A stretch of 64,000 nt of DNA from Diadema antillarum (lineage: Eukaryota), in assembly GCF_040938485.1 (NCBI RefSeq), contig NW_027271450.1, forward strand, positions 992,001 through 1,056,000. The letters are read 5' to 3'. The notes under the pieces are model-generated. The model did no database searches and was not told the DNA's origin. It saw only the letters and a list, made by a program, of their open reading frames with translations. The translations under genes were made by a program, and so were the position numbers. Shown here one piece after another: positions 12,766 to 24,365 of the stretch. The stretch's first letter is position 1, and every line of letters begins with the position of its first letter.

Positions 12766-14919
12766 GTCTCAGACATACAAGGCCTTAGATGTCGTTATGT
12801 GAAAGCAAATGCTTCGTTTACAAGCGATTATCGAAGTTGAGTTGTTTGGATGTCATTTCAAAAAAGGTTTTAACAGGCATCATTATAGGCAGGCATAGAA
12901 TGGGGTGATCAGTGATGCGTCCATTATTTAACGATAGAGAGTTTAAAAACCACTTTTGAGGAAAATGAATTTTGTTCTCTTCATCCCACGTGATACAGCT
13001 CTCTTGATCGTCAAATATTATCAATACAATGAGCCTTGTATAGTATTATAATCACTTTCATTATTCTATTGATCACGCTCGTTAATAGCCATTGACCTTC
13101 GAAACAAACTGAAGTGTATGGCGTAATCTAAAATTTAAAAAAAAAAGGTGGGAAGTCCCTGATCAATTTCCCCTACCACAACGGTAAGAAGACATCTTTA
13201 AAAAACACATGACGTTGACAAGTCAAGGGGATTATCTTCCTGTTTGTTTGTTTGTTTTTTTCTGTCTGTCGGTTTCTTCGTTTGTCCGTTTGGACGTCTG
13301 TTAGCGGCACCTTTTTGCCTGTAACGGATTTGGACGAAATCTGCGGGGACAGCCATAAAATAAATGATTAGTTGCTTTGGTCATTTTGGTCATTTGGCGC
13401 TTGTCTAAAAAAGAGCGAATGATTTATCATAATTATAGGGGGTTTGCTTCAACTCTTTATGACGTAGCTCCTCAGAGCATACATAAAGCTTGATCTCAAA
13501 TGCTGGTCATAACCTCTGCTACACCATAGGATAAGATCCGCCTATTTGGCGATACTCTGGGTCTGAAAACACATAGAAGATATTGCTTGCATCTATTTCA
13601 CTCGTGATAAAATGCTAACATTTCTGCAAGACATTTGGGAGGAAATGACACTTTCAACTTTATGGCTAAAAAAATAAACTTTATTTCGTGTTTGTCCCTG
13701 GCTGACGTCAAGGTATGTAGTATGGCAGCTGCTCTGATTGCTCCAGCGAGAAAATACCAGAGTAGCCTATAACTACGAAATGGTGAAAAATCACAACGTT
13801 TAAGATGGAAATCTCCTGATCTGATGATCACTTCACGATGAGAAGCTGAAGGTAGCTATCTAGCCGAAAAATATCGAAACAGCAGACTCTCCACACAATA
13901 CTGACACATTGAACACCACTGAGGATTATTGATCACTCCGGCCACTCAACGTAAAGACGTGAATAGTAACAACTCACGTTTAGCAGAAATCAATAAGATA
14001 AATTGTTGGGACCTTCCAGGGTAACAATCGGAAAATAACGTATCTTTTGAAGTGCTACCAACCCGTATTAGTCTCTTTCTTCTCTCTTTTATACTGAATC
14101 CTTCTTCTCTGAGTTTAAAACACATCTGAGAACACCTCTTTAGGAACTTACCAGAATCTCTCTCACCATGCCTCACTGGCATTTAGGAGGAGTAGACTTC
14201 ACAATGCCATACAAGGTGATATCAAAGCGGTCTACATGAATACGTGTCGGTGATTGGTCATAGTGCCATCACGTGGCTAATGCAGCGAGGATCAAAATCG
14301 TTACACGACCTGACGTCACGTCAGACATGTCAGGTAATGATAATGTGATTCCAGAATATGACTGGCTGCCAACGGAACTGGAAGAAAAAAAAAACGGTTG
14401 GTGGGGCATTTTTATGTAGACCATAATAATATATATCGCAATATACCGTGTCTATCGTTGTAATGTTATCAACACTTAAAAGTCCCCTGGGAGTTACATT
14501 TTCCCCACGAAACAACATGTACCTCAGTGCTGAGCGTTTCTAAAAATTGTTATTATACTCTCTTGGAGAAATTCCGACTCCCGTGGTAATGTCAAGACAG
14601 TGTCAACACATAATCTTCTTAAAGTTGAATATTCCTTTATCATACGTGTGCATAAAATACGCCCAAGCTGTGCGTACTACCTCCATACGTTATTGTACAA
14701 ACTTCATACACCCACATCATCTCTTTCTTTACATGAAATTCAAACTTTGATATCTATATATATATATATATAAATTATATATATTTATAATAATTGATAC
14801 ACAATCTATTTAACACGCTGAGTTTCCGACTTGTGTAATGTATTTTACACGCTGTGACATAAAACAATTTGTCAAAAGCTTGTAACATCATTTCAGAATT
14901 GTATTTACTAAAGTATTGA

Positions 14920-15310
14920 AGGGTTGGTATAGTTTTGATTAAAAGTGGGCTTCAGGTTTTCAACGTTTTTGATGAGGATTTTTATTTTAGATAATGAGAA
15001 ACATCTTATGAAATATGAAAGAGCATATAATTCTAAGAAAAAATCAAAGTTTATTTGATTAAAAATGGTTTTGAACTGGCTGAGATATCAAAAACAAAGA
15101 GATTCTAGGTGGAACCCATTAGGATCGCTTTGTTTGACTTTGTTTCTTGAGATCTCAGCCATTTCAAAACCGATTTTCATCAAAAATAAACTTTGGGTTC
15201 CTCTTAGAATGACATGCTCTTTAGCATTTCATAAAATGGTTTCTAAGTATCTCGCAAAAAAAAAAAATTAAAAGCTGAATCCCCATCTCAACCAATACTA
15301 GACCATCCCT
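14920..15310. mobile_element. Kolobok-like MITE, same family as 34062-34442
   Basis: AGGG...CCCT termini; TTAA at 15311-15314 and TTGA on the left; strong internal similarity to 34062-34442. Confidence 0.75.
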
Positions 15311-15698
15311 TTAACCTTTAGAAGGGAAACAAGGATTCCAAATTACAGTTGGTACATTACTGGTGTAACAGTGTGCTGAGTGGTTTGAATGTGTTTCTGA
15401 AACAGAAGAACAAAGAGTTTTACAGTATAGTTCTACAGTTCTACATTCCTAGCATGTAACACGTATACTTTGGCACTATACCAAATCACTAATTATTGTC
15501 TCTTTTTAAGACGTCAAGCTATAAAGCCGTAATCATCGTCTCCTTCGGTCAAAACGAGCAAACTCTGAAAATCTCTCGCGTTTGACTTTTTGGTCCAGTG
15601 GTAACACATGTCAATGCAATTTTGTCTCCTTGAATCATATGTCGGGATGACAAAAAAAATGAACCTGCGGATAGCATGTCAGGCTGTCCTCCTATTTC

Positions 15699-15984
15699 TC
15701 AACCCCGAATTTTCATCTCCGTCCTCATGAGGCCGTAGTTGTGTCCGTGCAGGTGATACCACACGGCCGCGTTGGCGTAGCCACTGGTTGTTCCCCCGTT
15801 GATATAGTAGCCATTCAGGTTGCTGGAGTGGCATGAGGTGTACCACCAGGCCCCGTGGTAAGAGTAAGCGCAATTTCCGCCCCACCCGTCGTGGTCAGCA
15901 TCGTAGGTGGAGAACTGATAGCCGTTGTGACCGGACAAGGAGTCCCCAGCGGTACCAGAGTAGCTCCAAAAATAACCGCGATAG
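15699..15984 (-). CDS. PAN-EGF-FReD protein, last coding exon (5): fibrinogen C-domain C-terminal half
   Basis: YSGTAGDSLSGHNGYQFSTYDADHD...NCAYSYHGAWWYTSCHSSNLNGYY...EMKIRG* shows hallmark FReD motifs. Acceptor TTCAAACAG at 15985; phase 2 matches exon 4. Confidence 0.92.
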
Positions 15985-16443
15985 CTGTTTGAACAAACCA
16001 ACAAAAATGGGCATTATCTTGTCTGGTATACTTGTATGTATGAACTTTACCATAAATGCAGGTTTGTGTTTATACTAATCGTATCTTTATTTTCGGCATG
16101 CGTTATTCCTCACACCATTTGGCAATGTAACATTTCACTTCTGTGATTCTGATCATTATGAATTAAATCGGCTACAGAGGAAAATATAAATGTGCACCGT
16201 GTATACAAAAGTCCGATGCACACGCACTCCATTCATCCGGTATTTTAAGCTGTACGTTTTGTATCTTCATCCAAGATTTCAGATGATGGTATCAGATGCA
16301 TAAGCTACAGCCTACAACCTTGTGATCTTTTTTCTCTGTCGCTACATTGGAGTCTATGTCTACTTGTCTTTCTTAATGCAGGCTTCTCATTTTCGGCTTT
16401 TATTTGTAGTTATCTGAACTCTGCCGGTTTAGTAAATGCCACG

Positions 16444-18206
16444 TGTCACTGCAGCAGTGTGCAGTGAGAATTTGGTGTAATTCTGTTCTATAAAATGGGT
16501 CTAGGATTGAAAACTAGTAAGTGTTAAACAGGTCTAAATTTGCAGACTACATGTGCTCCAATGAAAGATAAGACCCCTACCCCAGGAGGCAAGTGTAAAC
16601 ATTGAACAATTACCCCCTTGTTTTAGAGAAAGTATTAAGAATCCGCCATTCACTTCGTACAGCAATAGGGCTTTGTGTGTTGTACATGTATGCAGTATTA
16701 TGGGTGGACGTGGCAAGCTGTTTAGTGACAGTATTCACAGTTCCAGTGAAAGCTTGCGAAGTTGCAGCAGTCTAACAAGTTTGTTCAAGTTTTGTGGGAA
16801 AACAACAGGCCCGAATTTGGTAAGAAACTAACTTCTTTACAATGTTTTATAGCTTATGATGATGTGTGTGATCATGTTAGTAAATGAGTAGATTGTAAGA
16901 AATATTTACAGAGCAGGATTTGATTTGTCAAATCTTTGTAGACAAATGGGAGTAGACAAAGAAGAAGCCAGCGATGCCCCATGCACACTGGTCTCTCTCT
17001 CTCCCCTCTTTCTCTCCTCTCTATCCCCTCTCTCTTCTTCCTCTCATTACGTAAGCAGTACAGTGTATGTGCTTGTGCCTTAGAAGTATGGATGTATAGC
17101 GGAATGGTAGGGATGTACAATGTATTATACCTTTTTGCTGTTGCTGTAGGTAGTTGTGGTTAATGAGTTATATTCTCACAAGTGTTGTTAGAGAAGTACA
17201 ATGTACTGATACTGTCAAGCATTAGATTGTGTAACATGATTTCTGTGTGAAAGTAGTGGATGTTTAGTAGAAACAAATTGACACACATTCATAATGAGTT
17301 GAGATCACAACTTAACGCAATCGAACTAGTTTTGGCTTTAGTTGACAAGTTGTTAGCTGGTGTATAGTGTTTATAATAGTTAGGCTTTTATGTGATGGTC
17401 TTACGAAGTTATATTTCAGGTTTTAATGCAGAAATTAGTTATAGTTGATAATTTTGAGTTAATAGAATAAGTTTATTTTGTGTATTTTATTATAGACAGT
17501 GATATATAAAGAAAAGTTTGAGAATATATTTCAGTGTTGATTAAGGCAACAATAACTTTAATAATAAGTTAAAATATGGTTGAAGTTATGAAAGTTTAAA
17601 AGTGAATTAGGTTTTGGATAATATTGGAAGTAGATTTTAATAAAGTATATAAATAATATAAATAGTTGAGGAATTAGTTGATTACAGAACAGTTAATTCA
17701 GAAAACCATAAAGTATGGATAAGTTTGGTTTATGATTGGTGAGTAAAGTGAACGATAACATGTATCATTACATTAGTGATATAGATTATTGGTAGATTAT
17801 GTTATTACACTTTAAATGAGCTAAAATGGTGTTAAATCATGTAATGTTTCATGAAGCCATTCATGTACACTTCAAACGTAAGTTTAAAAACCTTGATTTT
17901 GTGTATTATATTTCAGATTGTTATCTGAAGGTCAGTATGAACTGAAGGTCCGTATGACTGAAGGTGCATATGAATCGAAGGTCGTTATCTAAAGTGAAGC
18001 TCAGTAACTGGAAGTCCATAACTGAAGAATTGACTGGAATTTCATATTGGAAACATCAGTGTGTTAGCGTAATAAACAAGTATTTGTCACGGTAACCGGA
18101 TGTCACCTTGCTTCATGTTTGACCTTGTGAATAACAACTAAGGAGGGTTGCTTGAATGAACAGTGGAAACTCCTCCGTGGTACGAGTTGTCCCGGAGGCA
18201 GTCACA
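16444..18206 (+). repeat. 5' LTR (1763 bp)
   Basis: Begins TGTCACTGC, ends GCAGTCACA. Identical to 24366-26128 at constant offset 7922 except C18151 vs T26073 (compared by eye). Confidence 0.97.
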
Positions 18207-18403
18207 ATAACAATCAAAAGTGGACTGTCGTCCAACAAATAGAGCGGATTGTAATCCAACGAGCGATGAGCATCGCGTCACTGTCATCAATTGGAACAGT
18301 TTCCAACGTCGATGGGATTTGGAAAGTTCTGAATTCCTTTGAATTGTGTGATCTGTAGTTTCAACAGAACAAGTATTGGAGTACTAATACAACGAGTAAC
18401 ATT

Positions 18404-21400
18404 ATGGCTGCCGCAAATGTTTCCAGTACTCTTGATCAGGCCAAGGTGGACAGTAAGGCTGAGAGTTCAGCTGGTCACGATCACTCATCCGTGAAGGGTG
18501 AAATCTTGTCTAAATTACTGCCGGAAATGATGATTGGAGATGAGAAAGAGTTAACTTCAAGGAGGAGTGTATCAAGCAAAGGAAAATCAGTCAAGAGTGA
18601 AAGGCTAATGAAAGCATTTCAAGCGGAATTAGATGTGATGGACAAAGAGGATCAGATCGAGATTCTGCAGAGGGAACATGAGCATGCCATAAAGATGCAA
18701 AAGGCCAAGATGGAATTGAAGCGATTGAGGATAAAGAAAGAGCTTGAGCAGAAATTATCTGAGTTAGACGAGTCAGATGAAGATGATAATCTTACAGAAA
18801 CGTCTAGATCCAGCAACATCTCATTACCACGGGAGAGCAGGGAAGAATCAGTGCAGAGATTCTTTAATTCGCAGCCAGTAGATGATGTGGAAGTTAAAGA
18901 CGCAAATCCCGTAGTTCCTGAAGTTGGTCAAGCAAAACCTGTGACACAGGAGACAGCCACCTCATCTGGGATGGAAAAGGTTGCAGAATCCCTCACTCAT
19001 GTGGCAAATATGATCATGCAACAAAATGCCACCAGTCAACAAGTTGCTGCAGCAAGTCAGCTCCCCAAGATAGATGTCCCTGTGTTTGATGGTGACCCTC
19101 TAAGATACCCACTGTGGAGGAATGCCTTTTCAAGCTTTGTGGATTCTAAACCTCTTGACGCAGCTACGAAGCTTAACCTGTTGAATAACCATGTTACTGG
19201 AGAGCCGAAGACGGTGGTAGAGCACTATCTCCTACTGGGTACAGATGAGGCGTATTTGAAGGCAAGGGAGTCTCTCGCCAACAGATATGGCAATACCAGC
19301 ATCGTGTCTTCAGCGTTCATGAAGAAACTCAATTCTTGGCCGAGGATATCAGACAGGAACCCAGGTGGATTGCGATCATTTGCAGACTTCTTGCAACAAG
19401 TCAGTGTTGCTAAAAAGACGGTTGACTCTCTTGGTATACTTGACTATCCACAAGAGAATGTCAAGTTGGTGATGAAGCTGCCTTTCTACCTGGAACGCAA
19501 GTGGAGAGACGAAGTCGATAAATGGCAACGGTGTGGGTATGGCACGTATCCAACATTCGTAAGATTCACAGAGTTTGTGAGAAGCGCTGCAGAGAAAGCG
19601 AATATTCCAGAGTTGGAACATTCTAGACCGGATGAATCCAAGCTGAAGTCAGTCCCATCAAAGTCCAAGACCTTCCAAGGAAGGTCATTTGCTACATCTG
19701 CAGAAGCAAACAAACGGATAGAGTACTCATCCTGCCCATGTTGCAAACAAGACCACCACCTTGATGACTGCCCATCATTTCAGAAGAAGTCCTACCATGC
19801 CAAGAAAGCCTTCTTTTTCCAGAAGTACTTGTGCATGGGATGCGGTGAGAGTAGTTCTCACCTTGTGAAAGAATGTACCAAGAAACGCAAGTGCAAGAAG
19901 TGTGGCGAAGCACACTTGACGTGTCTTCACCGGGAAAAGACAGAACAGTCATCAGGAAGTTCAAAGTGTACAAGTGTCTGCTCTCTACCAGATCAAGATG
20001 GCAAGGACCATTGTATGATTGTGCCAGTGTGGGTTCGACATGCTGATAATCCATCAAGAGAGTATCTGGAGTATGCCATACTTGACGATCAGTCCAACGT
20101 TGGATTTGTATCTAAGGATCTGTGTACCAAAATGGAAGTACAAGGACAGGAAACAGATCTCATGCTGACGACAATGCATCAGAGCACTCACGTGAAATGT
20201 CAAAAGATCAGTGGTCTAGAGGTTCTAGACTTCCACAAGAAACAAATCATCCAGCTTCCCCCCTGCTTCTCAAGAGAAGAAGTCCCTGCCAAGCGTTCCC
20301 AAATACCCAAGGCTGATGTTCTGAGGAGATGGCCACATCTAGCCCCAATTGCTGATCAACTGATGCCATACAACTCAGCTATCAAAGTTTCTTTGTTGAT
20401 AGGAAACAACTGCCCAAGAGCCATCAGACCGAGAGAAGTCATAGCTGGTGGAGAAGATGACCCTTACGGCATGAGGACGTCGCTCGGCTGGGGTGTAGTG
20501 GGCAGAGTGTGCCAGACTCCTTCTCAACCTGAAGATGGTGTTGTATGTCACAGGATCCAAGTAAAACAAGAATATCCCCACTTTGTACATTCCACCAAAG
20601 TGAAGGAAGTGTTCTCGCCTGAGACAGTTCTCAAGATCCTGGAACAAGACTTCCAAATGACAAGTCCGAAAGGAGCACCACTATCAGTTCAAGAGGCTAG
20701 ATTTATGTCCATCCTGGAAGACGGCATCAGGCAGAGAAGTGATGGCCATTACGAAATGCCCCTGCCCCTGAAGTCAGATGAGGCCAGCTTTCCGGACAAC
20801 AAGATCCTAGCCCTGAAAAGATGGAGACAGCTGTCTGCCAGATTCCGCAAGAACCCGAAGTTTCTGGCTGACTACAAGACCTTCATGGAGGATGTAGTGA
20901 CGAATTATGCTGAAAGAGTGCCAGCTGACTGCTTGGATGTCCGAGACGGTAGAGTGAACTATGTCCCTCATACTGGTGTGTATCACCCGCGGAAGCCCGA
21001 CCAGATTAGAGTAGTCTTTGACTGCTCTGCCAAGTACCAAGGCGTGTCCCTGAATGATCATCTTCTACAGGGTCCCGACCTGATGAATGGGCTTCTAGGT
21101 GTACTCTGCAGATTCCGGAAAGAAGCTGTTGCTTTCATGGCTGATGTGAAAGGCATGTTTCTTCAATTCTATGTGAAAGAGGAAGACAGAAATCTGCTTC
21201 GGTTCCTGTGGTACAAGGATGGAGATGAAACCAACGAGGTTGTGGAATACCGGATGAAAGTCCATTTGTTCGGAGCAGCCAGCTCACCAGGATGCAGCAA
21301 CTTCGGGTTGATGAGAGCTGCGGATGATGGTGAGGAAGAGTATGGATCAGATGCAGCAGATTTCATTCGCAATGACTTTTATGTGGATGATGGGCTGAGC

Positions 21401-24112
21401 TCCAGACCTACACCAGAAGAAGCCATCAAAGTGCTGAAGAACAGCCAAGCCATATGTGCAAAAGCAGGTCTCAAGCTCCACAAATTTGTATCAAACAGCA
21501 GAGAAGTTCTGAGAGGTTTCCCTGTAGAAGAGCGTGCCAAGAGCCTTCAAGACGTGGACCTGGACATTGACAAGCTTGTACTGGAAAGAGCTCTGGGAGT
21601 ATCTTGGAATGTGGAGAATGATACCTTCAGTTTCAGAGTTCAGGTGAAGAAAAACCCCTTCTCAAGACGAGGTGTGCTTTCCACCATCAGTTCAATCTAT
21701 GATCCGAGTGGATTTCTGGGTCCTGTAATCCTGAAAGGCAAACGTATCCTGCAATCGATGTGCAAACAGAACCTAGACTGGGATGCACCCATGCCGGATG
21801 AACTGCGTCCTGAATGGGAGAAGTGGCTTCATGACCTCCAGCATCTGAATGACTTGCAGTTTATGAGGTGCTATAAACCAAGTGGTTTCGGAGACATCAA
21901 GCAAGTAGAACTTCACCACTTCTCGGATGCCAGTCAAGATGGTTATGGACAGTGCTCATATCTACGGCTTATCAACCAGGAAGACAAGGCACACTGCTCT
22001 TTTGTGATTGGAAAAGCCCGAGTAACTCCACTGAGACAAGTCACCATTCCAAGGTTGGAACTGACCGCAGCAACGTTGTCAGCCAAGAGCAGTGCATTCC
22101 TCAAGTCAGAGCTGAGGTATGAGTCGGTAGTAGAATTCTTCTGGACTGACAGTCAGGTGGTTCTGGGGTATGTGAAGAATGAAGCACGCAGATTCCATGT
22201 CTTTGTGGCAAACAGAGTCCAGCTCATCCGAGACCTTACTGAGCCCGATTCCTGGTTCTACATAGACACGTCCAATAATCCTGCTGATGAGGCTTCAAGA
22301 GGTATCACAGCTCAGCACCTCGTCCAAGGCAGTTCCTGGCTGACGGGACCCAAGTTCCTGTGGGAGAATGGAATTTTCAAACCCAAACAAGAGACCACGA
22401 GTGCGAACCCCACAGTAGAGGAGGACGATCCTGAAGTGAGGAGAGCCACAGTCATGGCTACAGGTGCAGAGAGGAAGACCCCGCCTGAAAACTTTGAGGT
22501 CGACAGATTCCAGAGATTTTCAAGCTGGCAAAAAGCACATAAGGCTGTTGCCCGTTGCCTGCAGTTGAAGAAACGTCTTCAAAGAAGGGAAGTCAAGCCC
22601 TGTGCTCCTGTACAGGACAGCACAGTCAAGCCATCACTATTGCCACTAACGGTGTCAATGTTGAAAGATGCCGAGAAGGCAATACTGAAGAGCGTTCAGC
22701 AAGACTGCTACCCGGAGGAAATGCGAGAACTCCAAGAACTTAGCAACACAACACAGTTTGCTGACAGACAAGCTGCAAGGTTGAGAAATGTTTCTCTAAA
22801 GAAGACCAGCGCCTTGTACAGACTTGACCCCTATCTGGACGATGACGGGATTATCCGTGTAGGAGGACGCATCGATAGAGCCAACATCTCACGTGAGGTT
22901 AGGCATCCTATCATTTTGCCCCGCAGGAGTCACATCAGCAAGTTGCTTATACTGCACCATCATCAAAGAACACACCACATGGGTCGAGGAATGACTCATA
23001 ATGAGCTGCGTCAAGCTGGATACTGGGTCATCGGAGGGTCTTCAGCAGTATCTCAGTGCATCTCTTCCTGTGTGACGTGTAGGAGACGCCGTGGTCCAAT
23101 GGTGCAGCAGAAGATGGCAGAGCTCCCGGATGATCGAGTCGAGCCCTCAGCTCCATTCACATACTGTGGTGTCGATTACTTCGGCCCTTTCTTGGTCAAA
23201 GAAAGACGCAGCCAAGTGAAGCGTTATGGAGTTATCTTCACCTGTATGGCTTCCCGAAGTGTCCACCTGGAGACTGCGAGCAGCTTAACTTCAAGCTCCT
23301 TCATAAATGCACTCCGACGTTTTATGAACAGGAGAGGAGCTGTTAGACAACTGCGCTCCGACCAAGGTACAATGTTCGTGGGAGCTCGCAGTGAACTGAG
23401 GGAAGCTCTAGCTGAAATGGACCAGAGTGAGGTGCAAGAGTACCTACTGCAGAATGGATGCGACTGGATTCCATTCAAAATGAACGTTCCACATGCATCT
23501 CATATGGGCGGTGTATGGGAACGACAGATCCAGACAGTTCGCCGTGTCCTAGAGCCGCTAATGAAGTCTGCAGGAAGCCAGCTAGATGATGAGGCCTTTC
23601 GTACCTTCATGACAGAGGCAGAGGCCATCATCAATTCCAGACCCCTGACCACGTCCGGTTTAAGTGACCATGAAACACCGGAGCCGCTGACACCGCTTCA
23701 TCTTCTAACCATGAAGCCGAAGGTCGTTCTACCCCCTCCAGGACAGTTCCAGCGGGAGGATATGTATGCACGGAAGTGGTGGCGAAGGGTACAGTATTTG
23801 ACTAATCAGTTCTGGCTACGGTGGAGAAGAGAGTATCTTCAGCAACTGCAGAACCGCCAGAAATGGGTCAGCCCAAGCAGACAACTCGCAGTTGGAGATG
23901 TGGTGATAGCGAAGGAGAACGACGATGCTCGTGGCAGGTGGCCCCTCGCGCGTGTCATCGAGGTCTACCCCAGCAAGGACGGCTTGATCAGGAAGGTGAA
24001 GGTGCTGATGGCCGACGGCTTGCTGGACAATGAGGGAAAGCGTCAACGCCCCCCTAGTGAACTGGAAAGACCTGTCCACAAGTTGGTACTGTTATTACCA
24101 GCAGAACAATAA
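18404..24112 (+). CDS. BEL/Pao Gag-Pol polyprotein, 1902 aa, intact
   Basis: Gag (IDVPVFDGDPLRYPLW), three Cys/His knuckles, protease (AILDDQS), RT (FYVDDGL), RNase H (LHHFSDAS), integrase (HHCC, GVDYFGP, LRSDQG, GGVWER) and the BEL C-terminal domain (LAVGDVV...WPLARVIEVYP), in BEL/Pao order, with no internal stops. Confidence 0.97.
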   Translation: MAAANVSSTLDQAKVDSKAESSAGHDHSSVKGEILSKLLPEMMIGDEKELTSRRSVSSKGKSVKSERLMKAFQAELDVMDKEDQIEILQREHEHAIKMQKAKMELKRLRIKKELEQKLSELDESDEDDNLTETSRSSNISLPRESREESVQRFFNSQPVDDVEVKDANPVVPEVGQAKPVTQETATSSGMEKVAESLTHVANMIMQQNATSQQVAAASQLPKIDVPVFDGDPLRYPLWRNAFSSFVDSKPLDAATKLNLLNNHVTGEPKTVVEHYLLLGTDEAYLKARESLANRYGNTSIVSSAFMKKLNSWPRISDRNPGGLRSFADFLQQVSVAKKTVDSLGILDYPQENVKLVMKLPFYLERKWRDEVDKWQRCGYGTYPTFVRFTEFVRSAAEKANIPELEHSRPDESKLKSVPSKSKTFQGRSFATSAEANKRIEYSSCPCCKQDHHLDDCPSFQKKSYHAKKAFFFQKYLCMGCGESSSHLVKECTKKRKCKKCGEAHLTCLHREKTEQSSGSSKCTSVCSLPDQDGKDHCMIVPVWVRHADNPSREYLEYAILDDQSNVGFVSKDLCTKMEVQGQETDLMLTTMHQSTHVKCQKISGLEVLDFHKKQIIQLPPCFSREEVPAKRSQIPKADVLRRWPHLAPIADQLMPYNSAIKVSLLIGNNCPRAIRPREVIAGGEDDPYGMRTSLGWGVVGRVCQTPSQPEDGVVCHRIQVKQEYPHFVHSTKVKEVFSPETVLKILEQDFQMTSPKGAPLSVQEARFMSILEDGIRQRSDGHYEMPLPLKSDEASFPDNKILALKRWRQLSARFRKNPKFLADYKTFMEDVVTNYAERVPADCLDVRDGRVNYVPHTGVYHPRKPDQIRVVFDCSAKYQGVSLNDHLLQGPDLMNGLLGVLCRFRKEAVAFMADVKGMFLQFYVKEEDRNLLRFLWYKDGDETNEVVEYRMKVHLFGAASSPGCSNFGLMRAADDGEEEYGSDAADFIRNDFYVDDGLSSRPTPEEAIKVLKNSQAICAKAGLKLHKFVSNSREVLRGFPVEERAKSLQDVDLDIDKLVLERALGVSWNVENDTFSFRVQVKKNPFSRRGVLSTISSIYDPSGFLGPVILKGKRILQSMCKQNLDWDAPMPDELRPEWEKWLHDLQHLNDLQFMRCYKPSGFGDIKQVELHHFSDASQDGYGQCSYLRLINQEDKAHCSFVIGKARVTPLRQVTIPRLELTAATLSAKSSAFLKSELRYESVVEFFWTDSQVVLGYVKNEARRFHVFVANRVQLIRDLTEPDSWFYIDTSNNPADEASRGITAQHLVQGSSWLTGPKFLWENGIFKPKQETTSANPTVEEDDPEVRRATVMATGAERKTPPENFEVDRFQRFSSWQKAHKAVARCLQLKKRLQRREVKPCAPVQDSTVKPSLLPLTVSMLKDAEKAILKSVQQDCYPEEMRELQELSNTTQFADRQAARLRNVSLKKTSALYRLDPYLDDDGIIRVGGRIDRANISREVRHPIILPRRSHISKLLILHHHQRTHHMGRGMTHNELRQAGYWVIGGSSAVSQCISSCVTCRRRRGPMVQQKMAELPDDRVEPSAPFTYCGVDYFGPFLVKERRSQVKRYGVIFTCMASRSVHLETASSLTSSSFINALRRFMNRRGAVRQLRSDQGTMFVGARSELREALAEMDQSEVQEYLLQNGCDWIPFKMNVPHASHMGGVWERQIQTVRRVLEPLMKSAGSQLDDEAFRTFMTEAEAIINSRPLTTSGLSDHETPEPLTPLHLLTMKPKVVLPPPGQFQREDMYARKWWRRVQYLTNQFWLRWRREYLQQLQNRQKWVSPSRQLAVGDVVIAKENDDARGRWPLARVIEVYPSKDGLIRKVKVLMADGLLDNEGKRQRPPSELERPVHKLVLLLPAEQ

Positions 24113-24365
24113 CTAGACTGTCACTAAAGAAGACCAGTTTCGAATCCCCATCAAGGAGCCTTTGAGCTATTTGTTTGAACGAATATGCTGTGTTTCCAAT
24201 TGCATCAGAAGAAACGAAAATGCAAACATTCATTCCTGTATGTTGTATGGTGTTTAATTTTACCTACATGTCACTTTTGTGTGATACCATGTACCTAAAT
24301 TGGGATCAAATGGATATGTTATGTGTTAATGAATGGTAAATGAATGGGTTCATTTAAAGGAGCCA

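Noticed and set aside
16534-17163. Short ORFs repeated at 24456-25085
   Set aside because: They are the same LTR sequence seen twice and have no recognisable domain.
24113-24365. Possible env or extra ORF in the BEL element
   Set aside because: Only 253 bp lie between the Gag-Pol stop and the 3' LTR.
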